DNA from: an uncultured Gammaproteobacteria bacterium
GTDB lineage: Bacteria > Pseudomonadota > Gammaproteobacteria > Steroidobacterales > Rariloculaceae
Direction: 5' to 3'
NCBI GenBank assembly: GCA_963742115.1
Contig: CAVUKQ010000015.1
Location: 265,457 to 329,456 of the forward strand
DNA length: 64,000 nt
Below the pieces are notes generated by a model. The model saw only the letters and a program-made list of their open reading frames with translations. It was not told the origin of the DNA and made no database searches. How positions within the stretch are numbered: the stretch's first letter is position 1; every line of letters starts with the position of its first letter. Made by a program: the position numbers and the translations under genes. Below are positions 49,056 to 59,520 of this stretch, in pieces.

Positions 49056-49710
49056 TCACTTTCCGCCGAGCAGTCGGCCTACGCCCAAGCGCGCGAAGCG
49101 CGACTCGGTCCCGTTCAGCATGCGACGGATGTTGCCGCGGTGCGCATAGATCAACAGCACCGCGCAGGCGCACGTGAACACGAACAGGCCGCTCTGCTCG
49201 GGCAGGCGCGTGAAGCCGACCAACGCCACGGCCGCGAGCGACGCGCTGATCGTCGCGAGCCCGACGAAACCCGTGAGCAGCACGACGAGGATCCACGCGC
49301 CGATCACGGGCAGTGCCGAGCGTCGGCACGAAATAGACGATCAGGCCCGCGGCGGTGGCTCCGCCCTTGCCGCCGCGGAACTGGAACCATACGGGGAACA
49401 CGTGGCCCGCGATCGCCGCGAACGCGACGGTGTACAGCACGAGCGATCGTTCGATCTCGGGATCGATGCCGATGCCGGGGAGCACGAGGCCCGGGATCAG
49501 CGCGGCGGCGAGAATACCCTTGCCGATGTCGATGATCATGACCCAGAGGGCAAACCACTTGCCTTGCGTCCGCAGAGCGTTGGTGCCGCCCGCGTTACCG
49601 CTGCCGAGCTTGCGGATGTCGACGCCGCCGTAAAACCAACCGACCACGAGGCTGCCGAGCACGGAACCCAGCAGATACGCCAGTGTGAACTTGATCCCGA
49701 GCTCGATCAT
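49056..49710 (-). CDS. plsY: Glycerol-3-phosphate acyltransferase PlsY, frameshifted in this sequence
   Basis: LAYLLGSVLGSLVVG...GSGNAGGTNALR...HVFPVWFQFRGGKGGATAAG. The break is at about 49316, then ALPVIGAWILVVLL...IYAHRGNIRRM in ORF 49056..49307. The span is 655 nt, which is 3n+1. Confidence 0.85.
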
Positions 49711-49802
49711 TCGAGAATTGCCACGCCCCCTCTGTCGTCTGTCCGGTCCGAGCGCCGGGCGCATCGGCTCAACGTGAATACTGGGTGAATGTTACGGCGC
49801 GA

Positions 49803-51646
49803 TCACTCGCCGAGCCACGCTCGACGCCGCTCGGCCGCTTCCTGCGCGGGCTGCGCCTCGACGGCGAGATAACAGGTATCGAGCGGCGCGGCCCGGAGCA
49901 CGAGACCGACCTCGATGAGCTCGTCCCCGCGGAACACGCTCGCAGTGACGCGCTCCCCCGCCTCGAAACGCGTGAGACGGCGCCTGAAGTTGCGCTCGTT
50001 CACCTTGAGCCGATCGATCGCGATCAGCAGGTCGCCGGGGTTCAGGCCCGCTCGCTGGGCGGGACCGCCGTCGAGCACGGCGCTGAGCTCCAACCCGGCA
50101 TCGCGCTCGCGGTAGCCGATGCCGAGAGCGAGCAGCTCGCCGTTCGCGGGGCGCGCGGTGCCGCCTTTGTCGTCCGGACCGGTCGCGGCGCGCAGCTCGA
50201 GCGAAACGCCGAAGTCCGCGAGCAGCTCGGGCAGCGGCAGATCCTGCGGTACCGCGAATCGCGGCGTCGAAGAAGCGCCGCAAGTCCGCGCCGCCGATCT
50301 CCACTGCGAGCGGCCTCGAAGCCGTCTTCCGGCACGCCGATCGCGCGCGCTCCGTAGCGCTTCCAGAGCTCGCGCAGCACGTCGTCGAGGCTCGTCTTGC
50401 CGCCGCTGTCGCGGCGCATGCGTGAGATCGAGCGCGAGCGCGACGAGCGCGCCCTTGGTGTAGTAGCTGATGCTCGTATTCGGATGATTCGCCTCGGGGC
50501 GATACAGGATGTCCCAGGCGTCGAAGCTCGACTCCGCGAGGCTCTGCTTGAGACGGCCCGGGGTGCGGTAGACGCGCGTGAGCGCTTCGCCGAGACGCTG
50601 CAGGAACGCGGCTACGCCGAGGACGCCGCTGCGCAGCAGCATGATCTCCTGGTAGTAGCTCGTGATGCCTTCGAACACCCAGAGCAAGCGCGTGTAGTTG
50701 CGGCGGTCGAGCCGATACGGAACGAAAGCGGCCGGTTTCGTGCGCTTCACGTGCCACGTGTGGAAGTACTCGTGGCTCGCGAGCGCGAGAAACCGCTGGT
50801 AGTCGCGCGGCACGCCGGGCTCGCCGGCCTTCGGCAGGTCGTCGCGGCCGAAGATCAGGCTCGTCGACGCGCGGTGCTCGAGGCCACCCCAACCTTCGTT
50901 GCCGACGACGAGGCACAAGAACCAGTAACGGTCGAACGGCGCGGGCCGCCCAAAGAAATCGATCTGCGCTTCGCAGATCTGCTTGAGGTCCGCCGCGATG
51001 CGCTCGAGATCGGATTCGAACCGGCCCGCGATCACGAGGTGATGCGGGCACGCCGGCTGCCTCGAACTCGACCTGCTCGAAATCGCCGATCTCGACGGGA
51101 TGATCGAGCAGCTCGTCGTAGTCCGCTGCGCGGTACCTTCCGAAGCCGTCGTCGGCCACCTCGATGCGCTCCATCGCCGTCGCGCAGCGCCAGCCTTCGC
51201 ACAGGATCGGGTTCAACGGCGGCTCGATCGTCACCTCGATCGGTTCTCGGTCGCGGCCCTCGGGCAGAAGAAACACGCACGGCCCGTTGAAGTAACCGCG
51301 CCGCCGATCGAGGTACGCGCCACGAACGGATTGGTCGAGCGCGTAGATCGTGGCGGTCACTTTGAGCGACGCCTTGAGCGCCGCGGACTAGCCAAGTGCC
51401 GCTGTCGACCTTCTCGACCGGCAGCTTCTCCTTGCCGCTCACGGCCTCGACGCTCACGACGAAGCGTGCGAACTCGCGCAGCAGGTAGCTCCCTGGAATC
51501 CACGCGGGAAGCGTGAACCGTTGCTCGGGGGCGGGGTTGTCGATGCGACAGTCGATCTCGAACAAGTGCCGCTCGAGATCAGCCATGAGAACACGATATT
51601 GCAGCAGAGCCGTTCTCCGCGCGTCAGCGCGCCGGGATGCGCACAT
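49803..51646 (-). CDS. M61-family glycyl aminopeptidase with a C-terminal PDZ domain, five frameshifts in this sequence
   Basis: N-terminus YRVLMADLERHLFEIDCRI...LPAWIPGSYLLREFARF, HExxH SHEYFHTWHVKR, PDZ GPAQRAGLNPGDLLIAIDRL. The reading path changes frame at about 51379, 51048, 50418, 50310 and 50245, each by +1. The span is 1844 nt, which is 3n+2, as five insertions predict. Confidence 0.8.
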
Positions 51647-51694
51647 TGTCGCATGAATGAACGGCCCCTTTAGAGCGCGCTTGCAAACGCGCCT

Positions 51695-51875
51695 ATGCAC
51701 TCCTAAGGTGGTGCGCAGGCGGTGCCCGATTGGGCTAAGAGGGAACGCAGTTCGAGACTGCGGCTGTTCCCGCAACTGTAAACGGCAAGGCTTCGCACCG
51801 ACGCCACTGGGTCGAACCCGGGAAGGCAAGCGAAGCCGCTCGAGCCGTGAGCCAGGAAACCTGCCGCCGAAGTCG
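51695..51875 (+). promoter_or_regulatory. Cobalamin (B12) riboswitch
   Basis: Conserved blocks are present in order: GGTGC, AAGAGGGAACGCAG, GCTGTTCCCGCAACTGTAA, B12 box GCCACTGGG, CGGGAAGGC, AGCCAGGAAACCTGCC. It lies directly upstream of the btuF-like gene. Boundaries are approximate. Confidence 0.8.
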
Positions 51876-51993
51876 TCCTTCCGTGTGCCGGGAAAGCGCG
51901 CGGTGCGGAAATCCGTCGTGGCGACGACTCTGAACACTCCGTTGATCGCCGCGCATGCGCGGCTCCAACGGCTGAATCGCTGGAGTTGGAGCC

Positions 51994-52838
51994 GTGCCTC
52001 ACTTGCTATCGACGTCATCGGCCGCGTGCGCGGCGATCGCGGCCGCGTGCGTCGCGCTCTGCCGCGACCGCGGCCGACGCACTCCCGTCGGTCGCATCGA
52101 TCAATCTGTGCGCCGACCAGCTCGTGCTCACGCTCGCCGAGCCTTCGCAGATTCTGACGGTCAGCTGGCTCTCGGCCGACCCCGAGGAGTCGCTGCTCGC
52201 CGACTCGGCCGCACGCTATCCGCTGAATTACGGGTCGGCCGAAGAGCTGCTGCGCTTCGATCCCGACATCGTGATCGCGGGCTCGTACACGAACGCGTTT
52301 ACGCGAGCACTGCTCGCACGGCTCGGCTACCCCGTGGTGGAGCTCGAGCCGGAGGCCACGATCGCCGAAGTGGAGGGCAACCTGCGCCGCGTCGCGAGCG
52401 CGATCGGACGCGTCGAGCGCGGCGAGCAGCTCGTCGCGGCCATGCGGGCGGAATCGCGGCGGCTCGAGGCAGGCCGCCCTCCGCGCGCCCCCACCGCCGT
52501 CGTCGTGCGGCCCGGCGGGTTCACCGTCGGCGACCACTCGCTCGCGCAAGACCTCATGACGCTCGCGGGCGTGCGCAACGTTGCCGCGGAGCAAGGCCTC
52601 GATCGCTGGGGCAGCCTGTCGATGGAGACGTTGCTGCGCGCGGCACCGGACCTCATCGTGCTCACCGGCTATCGCGCGTCGCAGCCGTCACTCGCGAACG
52701 CCGCGCTCGAGCCATCCCGCGCTGCGGCGCGTGCGCGAGACGCGCCCCACGGTGACGGTGCGCACACCGTACTGGGCGTGCGGGCTGCCGCAGAGCCTCG
52801 AGTCCGCCGCCGTGCTCCAACAGGCGGCCGCGCGATGA
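51994..52838 (+). CDS. Periplasmic cobalamin/siderophore-type substrate-binding protein (BtuF-like), two frameshifts in this sequence
   Basis: GGAG Shine-Dalgarno plus GTG at 51994, with signal peptide LLSTSSAACAAIAAACVAL. First break at about 52050, then ADALPSVASINLCADQLVLTL...DPDIVIAGSYTN. Second break at about 52712, then HPALRRVRETRPTVTVRTPYWACGLPQS. The stop overlaps the next start (ATGA). The span is 845 nt, which is 3n+2. Confidence 0.75.
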
Positions 52839-53864
52839 CCACCGTTGGCAGCGCCCTCTCCGAACCCGCGCCGGCACGCGAGCCGCACGCGCAGTGGCGC
52901 CTTTCGGCGCTGCTCGGGGGGCTCGCGCTCGCGGCAGCGGCGGTCTCGTTGCTCGTCGGCCGCAGCAGCGGCGGACCGACGTTCGGTTTCGGCGGACCCG
53001 AGATCGCGTCGATCGTGTTTACGGAGATCCGGTTGCCGCGCACGCTGCTCGCGCTGCTCGTGGGCGGCACGCTCGGCCTCTGCGGCGCCGCCCTGCAGGG
53101 GCTGCTGCGCAATCCATTGGCGGAACCGGGCCTGCTAGGGGCCTCGAGCGGCGCGGCGTTCGGCGCAGTGCTCGTGTTCTACTTCGGGCTCGCAGGCGCG
53201 GAGTCGCTCGTGCTGCCGGCCGGCGCCGTCGCGGGCTCGCTCACGGCGCTCGCGGCGCTTTATGCCCTCGCGCGCCGCCGCGGCGATTTCCTCACGATCG
53301 TGCTCGCGGGCATCGCGATCAACGCATTCACGGCCGCGCTCACGTCGCTCGCGCTCAACTTCGCGCCGAGCCCGTACGCGGCTCTCGAGATCCTGTTCTG
53401 GATGCTCGGCTCGCTCGCGGACCGCAGTCTTGCGCACGTCGCGCTCGCGCTGCCGCTGATGGTGCCTGGATGGCTGCTCGTGATCGCGGCCGCGCGCGGG
53501 CTCGACGCTTTGACGCTCGGCGAGGAGACGGCCGCGAGCTTAGGGTTCGACCCGCGCCGCACGCAGTGGCTCGTGATCGGCGGCACCGCGCTCGCAGTCG
53601 GCGGCGCGGTCGCAGTGGCCGGCGTCGTCGGCTTCGTGGGACTCGTCGTGCCGCACTTGCTGCGCGGCCACGTCGGCCACCATCCGAGCCGGCTGCTGCG
53701 TGCCGAGCTTTCTCGGCGGCGCCGTGCTCGCCGCGATCGCGGATATCGCGATTCGCCTGATGCCGCCAGGTCCGGAGCTCAAGCTCGGCGTCGTGACGGC
53801 GCTGCTCGGCGCCCCGTTTTTCCTCCACTTGATCATGCAGCCGCGCGCGGGCGCGCCTTCGTGA
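52835..53864 (+). CDS. FecCD/BtuC-family ABC permease, frameshifted in this sequence
   Basis: IRLPRTLLALLVGGTLGLCGAALQGLLRNPLAEPGLLG...GFVGLVVPHLLR. The break is at about 53699, then VPSFLGGAVLAAIADIAIRLM...VVTALLGAPFFLHLIM. The span is 1030 nt, which is 3n+1. Confidence 0.8.
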
Positions 53865-53877
53865 AGAGGGCGCCGCA

Positions 53878-54717
53878 ATGACGCTTACGACTCGGGATGT
53901 CGCGGTCCGCTACGGAGCACGCGTCGCGGTTCGACCGATCTCGCTCGCGCTCGAGCCCGGCGAGTTCGTCGCGCTCGTGGGCCCGAACGGCGCGGGCAAG
54001 AGCAGCCTGCTCAAGGCGATCGCAGGTTTGCTTCCCCACGACGGGATCGCGGCGTGGAATGGGCAGGCCCTCGAGACGCTCGAAGCGCGCGCGCGCGCGC
54101 GCGTGATTGCTTACCTGCCGCAGGCGCCCGCGCTCCACTGGCCGATGCTGGCGCGTGACCTCGTCGCGCTCGGCCGCCTCCCGCACCGCGCTTACGGCGC
54201 CGCGCCGAACGGCGCGGACCACGACGCGACGAGCTGGGCGCTCGAGCAAACGGAGACGGCCGCGTTCGCGGACCGCACAGTCGACATGCTTTCCATCGGC
54301 GAGCGGTCACGCGTGCTACTCGCGCGCGCGCTCGCGGTGCGCGCGCCCGTGCTGCTCGTCGACGAGCCGATCGCGATGCTCGACCCGTATCACCAGCTGC
54401 ACGTGATGGCAGTGTTGCGCGCCTACGCGAACGGCTCGGCGAATGGCGCTGCGCCAGGACCAACCGGTGCGAACGGCTCGGCGCAAGCGCCCGGGACGAC
54501 CGGCGGCGCGCTCGTCATCGCGGTGCTGCACGACCTCGCGCTCGCGGCCCGGTTTTGCAGCCGCGTGCTGTTGCTCGACGACGGGGTCGTAGTGAACGAC
54601 GATCGTCCCGAGCAAGCGTTGCGGGCGGACGCGCTCGCGCGCCATTACCGGGTGGAGCCGTTCGTGACGACGCACGAGGGGCAGCCGCTGATAGTGCCCT
54701 GGCGGCGTCTCGGTTGA
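53878..54717 (+). CDS. ABC ATP-binding protein of the BtuD/FecE type
   Basis: Walker A GPNGAGKSS, degenerate signature LSIGERSR, Walker B LLVDEPIAMLD, H-loop VLHDL. It carries an unusual Gly/Ala/Asn-rich insert (ANGSANGAAPGPTGANGSAQAPGTTGG) between Walker B and the H-loop. Confidence 0.8.
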   Translation: MTLTTRDVAVRYGARVAVRPISLALEPGEFVALVGPNGAGKSSLLKAIAGLLPHDGIAAWNGQALETLEARARARVIAYLPQAPALHWPMLARDLVALGRLPHRAYGAAPNGADHDATSWALEQTETAAFADRTVDMLSIGERSRVLLARALAVRAPVLLVDEPIAMLDPYHQLHVMAVLRAYANGSANGAAPGPTGANGSAQAPGTTGGALVIAVLHDLALAARFCSRVLLLDDGVVVNDDRPEQALRADALARHYRVEPFVTTHEGQPLIVPWRRLG

Positions 54718-54726
54718 TCGGGTGGA

Positions 54727-55365
54727 TCAGCTCGCCGCTTTGATCGCGGGCCGCGCCGCGATGGTTTCGCTCCAGCGCTTGATCGACGGGCGCGTCGCAG
54801 CGGGGTCGTGGCCGAGCGAGCGCAGCGCGAAACCGAGATAAACGTAGCCCGCGATGTCCGCGTACGTAAAGCGCGCCGACGCAATGAAGGGGCTCACCGC
54901 GAGCCGCGACTCGAGCCGATCGAAGAACACCTCCGAGCGCTGCCGGCCGCGTTCCGCGAGCGCGGGAATCTGCGTGTACGGCACGGGACCGCCGAGCGCG
55001 CGGTCCTTGAAGGCCTGGTGCTCGTTGCGCAGAACCTCCTGAATCCCGAGGTAGCCCTCGAAGACTTGGATGTCGTTCCACATCAGTACGAGCGCTTGCT
55101 CCTTCGCGTCGATGCCCATGAGGTTCGGCTGCGGGAATTTTTGCTCGAGGTAGTGGCAGATCGCGAGGCTCTCGGTGAGACACGTGCCATCGTCGAGCTC
55201 GAGCATCGGCACCGCGCCGCTCGGATTCTTCGCGAGAAACTCGGGTTCGTGCTGCGCGAGCGCGCGCAGGTCGACCTCGATGGTCGAGATTTCGATGCCC
55301 TTTTCGGCGATGAATAGCCGCACTTTTCGCGGACTCGGGGCGTTGCGGTAGTCGTAGTACTTCAT
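54727..55365 (-). CDS. Glutathione S-transferase
   Basis: Starts MKYYDYRNAPSPRKVRLFIAEKGIEI. Contains GAVPMLELDDGTCLTESLAICHYL. 212 aa. Confidence 0.8.
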   Translation of the reverse strand: MKYYDYRNAPSPRKVRLFIAEKGIEISTIEVDLRALAQHEPEFLAKNPSGAVPMLELDDGTCLTESLAICHYLEQKFPQPNLMGIDAKEQALVLMWNDIQVFEGYLGIQEVLRNEHQAFKDRALGGPVPYTQIPALAERGRQRSEVFFDRLESRLAVSPFIASARFTYADIAGYVYLGFALRSLGHDPAATRPSIKRWSETIAARPAIKAAS

Positions 55366-55497
55366 CGGCGCGCAGCCTCTCTGGGGCGTCGCGACGCAGT
55401 GTACATGCTGCGGGCGTGACCGGGCGCGAACGGTCCGCCGGCGCCACGCGCCGCATTGGCCACGTGCCGCCACTGCGTTCGTTCGTATAATCGCGCT

Positions 55498-56133
55498 ATG
55501 GCCAATCTCGTCACCCTGAGCCGGCTGCTGCTCCTTTTGCTCGTGATTTGGATCTTTTACCTGCCCCCGACGCCGTGGGCCGTTCGCGAACTTCTTTCTG
55601 ATCATTCTGATCTTCGTGTCGGACGGCCTCGACGGCTACATCGCGCGTAAGCGCAACGAGTCGAGCCTGTTCGGCGCGCTGTTCGACATCGCAGGCGACC
55701 GGATCGTCGAGCTCACGCTCTGGATCGTCGCGGCGGACAACGACCTCGTGCCCATTTGGGTGCCGCTCGTCTTCATCATCCGCGGCGTGATCGTCGACAC
55801 GATCCGCTCGAGCAACGCCGTCGCGCAGGGTATGGCGCCGTTCGCTCTGATGCGCTCGCCGATCGGCAAGTTCATCGTGGCGGGCAAGTTCATGCGGATC
55901 TTCTACGCAGTTTGCAAAGCGTCGGCGTTCGCGGGGCTCGCGTTGCAGAAACCCGGGCCGACTGTTCCTGCCGACCTTGTGGGGATACGTCGGGTGGCTC
56001 CTGACCGGACTCACCTACTTCTTCGTCTATCTTTCCGTCGCTGCTGTGCATCGCACGCGGCTGGCCCGTCATAGCGGAGTTTGTCTACGCCCAAAAGAAC
56101 GATATCCTGAGGCGCCCGGGGAAGAAGCAATGA
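55498..56133 (+). CDS. CDP-alcohol phosphatidyltransferase-family protein, three frameshifts in this sequence
   Basis: MANLVTLSRLLLLLLV... First break at about 55585, then the DGLDGYIARKRNESSLFGALFDIAGDRIVE motif (D-G-x2-A-R...G-x3-D-x3-D). Second break at about 55958, then LFLPTLWGYVGWLLTGLTYFFVYLSVAA. Third break at about 56052, then ...WPVIAEFVYAQKNDILRRPGKKQ. Its TGA overlaps the next ATG (ATGA). Confidence 0.7.
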
Positions 56134-56800
56134 AGCTTGCCATCTTCGACATCGACGGGACTCTGGTGCGCGGCAGCTCCGAGCGGCTGTTCTGGCGCTA
56201 CCTCGCCGCGCGCGGCTGGCAGGGTCCGCGGCAGATCCTCGCGTACCTGTTGTTCCTGGTGCGCTACCTGCCCGACGGGCGGGATTCATACGCTCAGGAA
56301 GAACAAGGCGTACCTCTGCGGGCTCGCGTCTGCGGACGTTGCGGCGCTCGCAGCGGAGTTCGTCGCGAGCCGCCTCGTGAAACGGCTGTACGAGCCGGCA
56401 GTGCAGCGGTTGCGACAGCACGCGCGGCGCGGCGACACGGTAGTGCTGCTGTCGGGCACGCTGGATCCAATCGCGCGCGCACTCGCCAACCAGCTCGGCG
56501 TGCGGCACGTGTGCGCGACCGTCTGCAGCGAGCGCAGCGGCTACTATCTCGCCCAACCGCCCGAGACGCACCCGTTTGGAGCCGCCAAGCTCAGCCTAGC
56601 GAGGCAGCTCGCGGCACAGATGGGCGCGGACCTGAAGCACGCGAGCGCCTATGGAGACTCGCACCACGACCTCTTCTTGCTTCGAGCGGTCCGCGAAGCC
56701 GGTCGCGGTCTCGCCCAACGCGCGCTTGCTCGACGTCGCGCTCGCGAACGATTGGGAAGTCATCGCGGCCGGCGACAAGCGGCGCGCGCTGCCGCACTAG
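56130..56800 (+). CDS. HAD-IB (SerB-like) family hydrolase, two frameshifts in this sequence
   Basis: MKLAIFDIDGTLVRGSSERLFWRY. First break at about 56280, then ...VVLLSGTLDPIARALANQLGV...AYGDSHHDLFLLRAV. Second break at about 56698, then PVAVSPNARLLDVALANDWEVI. The span is 671 nt, which is 3n+2. Confidence 0.75.
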
Positions 56801-56806
56801 CGGCGT

Positions 56807-58352
56807 TCACATGTAGGCGAGCTGGCTGTTCGCGACGAGGTCGAACGGCACGCTGCGGTTGCGTCCCTGGAGCTTCGCCGTGTAGAGCGCCTTGTCGGCT
56901 CCCTTCACGAAGTCTTCGACGCTGCGAAACCGCCGGCCGTCGTTGTGAGTCGCCATTCCGATCGAGATCGTGACATTCAGGTCGCGCTTCACGCCCACGT
57001 CGTGGCGCGTTTCCTGGAACGCACGCACGATGCGTTCGCAGATCGTCTTCAACAATCCGTAGTCAGTGTGCGGGAAGACGAGCATGAACTCCTCGCCGCC
57101 GTAGCGTGCCACGACGTCGGCCGCACGCACGTTCGCTTTGAGGATGTTGGCAGTGGCCACGAGGATCTGATCGCCCATCGCGTGACCGAACGTATCGTTG
57201 ATCGACTTGAAGCGGTCTAGGTCGGCGAATGCGACGCTGAGCGGCGTCCCGCTCGTTGCGCTGTTGAGGAACGCTTCCTGAATGAAGTGGTCGAGATAGC
57301 GCGCGGTTGTAAAGATTCGTGAGCGGATCGCGCTTGTTGGATTCCTCCAGCCGGCGCGTGCGCTGCTCGAGGGACTCGGCGGCAGTCCTCAGATCGTCGA
57401 CGACCTGCAGCGCCTGGAGGTTGCGCAACATCAACGCCTCGCGCGCTTCCTCGAGAATCTTGTCCGAGGCGTCGACCGACAGGATCTCGGTCTCGAAGAT
57501 CGTCTCGGCGTCGGGGATCATTTTGCCGATCTCGGCGAGCAGCTCGCCGAGCACTTCTTTGTCGATCGCGAAGTAGCTCTTCGCGCGTTCTGCGAGCTCT
57601 GCGAAGCTGCGGTCCTCGCCCGTGTCGAGGAACACTTCGGCGATCAGGCTCGCCAATGCCACGCAGCGAGCAAACACGCCGTTCGGGCTCTGCTTCGGCA
57701 GGCGCTCCGGATCATGGCTTGCCGCGACGACCTGCTGAGTGCGCTCGGGGAACTGCCACTTCTCGAGCAACCAGCCGCTGACGACGGCGTGGTCCACGTT
57801 CAGCCGCTCCCGCTCGCGAGCGATCAGCGCCGTTTGATGAACTTGCTCGTGATCGAGCCCTTTGTATAGGTCGGGCAGCGTGTGATCGAGCGCCATGAGT
57901 CCGATGTCTTGAATGAGGCACGCAAGGAACAGCTCCTCGCCGTCCTTCACGCCGATCGTGCGCGCGAGCACGTGGCTCGCGGTTGCGGAGAGCAGCGCGC
58001 GGCGCCAATAGAGGGGGTAGTCGAGCCCGCCGCCTTGCGTTTTCTTCTGCCACGACTTGAGTAGCGAGAACGACAGCGCGAGGGAGATGGTTGCGTTCAG
58101 GCCGACGACCATCAGCGCTTGCCGGAGGTTCTCGGTCTTGCGTTGACGCGCGTACATCGGCGAGTTCGCGATGCGCAGGATCTTTGCAGTGATGGCCGGG
58201 TCGAGCGCCAGCACCTCCGCGATCCGGGTCATGTCGGCTTCCGGATCGTTCGCTAGCCGGATGATCTTGTTCGCGACACCGGGCGGGGTCGGCAAGTTCT
58301 TGCAGCTTTCGAGCTGCTTCCGCAGTTCAGGGGTGAGCAATGCCGACTCCAT
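56807..58352 (-). CDS. HDOD-domain plus GGDEF-domain protein (putative diguanylate cyclase), frameshifted in this sequence
   Basis: HDOD: LPTPPGVANKIIRLANDPEADMTRIAEVLALDPAITAKILRIANSP. A coiled coil follows, then RDPLTNLYNR. The break is at about 57302, then RYLDHFIQ...DRFKSINDTFGHAMGDQIL...RYGGEEFMLVF. The span is 1546 nt, which is 3n+1. The start (ATG 58352) is uncertain. Confidence 0.8.
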
Positions 58353-58502
58353 TCCATCGAGACGATCGATTCGATAGACGACGCGTCTGCTCGTGGGCGC
58401 AACGCACTCGTCCGAGCCCAGGTGTCGGCTCGCTAGCGGAGAAACTTTAGGCAAATGCCGGAGTTGCCCGGCTTGACATAAGGGACCCCGGAGGGCTCGA
58501 AG

Positions 58503-58688
58503 CTAGTCCTCGCGGGCCTCGAGCAAGCGCGCGACATGAGCGAGCGCGACTTTGATTTGGGTGAGATCGGACTCGAGAACCGTCGTCAGCTGATGGAGCG
58601 CATCCAACAACAACTTTTCGTTTTCGGAGAAGCCGTCTTTCTCGTCTCGGTGGCGCGCGAGGCGATCGCGGATGGCGTCGTACGACAT
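58503..58688 (-). CDS. Small hypothetical protein (61 aa)
   Basis: MSYDAIRDRLARHRDEKDGFSENEKLLLDALHQLTTVLESDLTQIKVALAHVARLLEARED. It is helical. An AT-richer region lies upstream. It is divergent from the ABC operon. Confidence 0.4.
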   Translation of the reverse strand: MSYDAIRDRLARHRDEKDGFSENEKLLLDALHQLTTVLESDLTQIKVALAHVARLLEARED

Positions 58689-58836
58689 TATTGGTGTTCT
58701 GTTCTTAGCCAGCCGATCAATCCCATTTGCGATGATTTCGAAGTCAATAACCGTATGCTCGCCATGGGAACGACCTCCCAGACGCACCACAAAAGAGCCC
58801 GGGCAACGAGCGAGCGGCCCAGTACCATGGACAGCA

Positions 58837-59520
58837 ATGAGCACCACCGAGGACGGACGAATCGATCTACGCGACGTCGCGAAGGCCTACGGGCCGCAGG
58901 CGGTGCTGGAGAGCACGTCGCTGTCGATTCAACGTGGCGAGTTCGTCGTCGTGGTGGGTCGCAGCGGGTCGGGCAAATCGACTCTGCTTCGGCTCATTGG
59001 CGGCCTCGAGTCCCCCGACCGCGGAACGGTTCACGTGCTTGGAAAAGACATCGGCGCGATGTCCGAGTCCGAACGCGCGCTGCTGCGGCGGACGTCGCTC
59101 GGCTTCGTTTTCCAGTTCTTCAACCTCGTTCCGACGTTGACCGTCGCTGAGAACGTGGAGCTACCGCTCGCGTTGAACGGCGTACCGCGTGTCGACGCGC
59201 GTCGCCGCAGCCTCGAGCTGCTCGCGGAGCTCGACGTCGTGGACTGCGCGGAGCGGTTCCCCGAGGAGATCTCGGGCGGCGAGCAGCAACGCGTTGCGAT
59301 CGCCCGCGCGGTGATCCATGAGCCGAAGGTCGTTCTCGCGGACGAGCCAACGGGCAATCTCGACCTCGAAACCGCGAATCACGTGCTCGACCTGCTCCAA
59401 AATTCCTGCCGACGGCGCAACGCCACGCTAATCATGGCGACGCATAGCCGCGAGGTAGCGGGCCTCGCAACCCGGGTGCTCGCGATCCGCAATTCGCTCG
59501 TCGAGGAAATGGGGGCGTGA
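58837..59520 (+). CDS. ABC transporter ATP-binding protein, MacB/LolD-like
   Basis: Walker [10 protein letters not shown], signature [15 protein letters not shown], Walker [12 protein letters not shown]. The stop overlaps the permease start (GTGA). Confidence 0.9.
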   Translation: MSTTEDGRIDLRDVAKAYGPQAVLESTSLSIQRGEFVVVVGRSGSGKSTLLRLIGGLESPDRGTVHVLGKDIGAMSESERALLRRTSLGFVFQFFNLVPTLTVAENVELPLALNGVPRVDARRRSLELLAELDVVDCAERFPEEISGGEQQRVAIARAVIHEPKVVLADEPTGNLDLETANHVLDLLQNSCRRRNATLIMATHSREVAGLATRVLAIRNSLVEEMGA

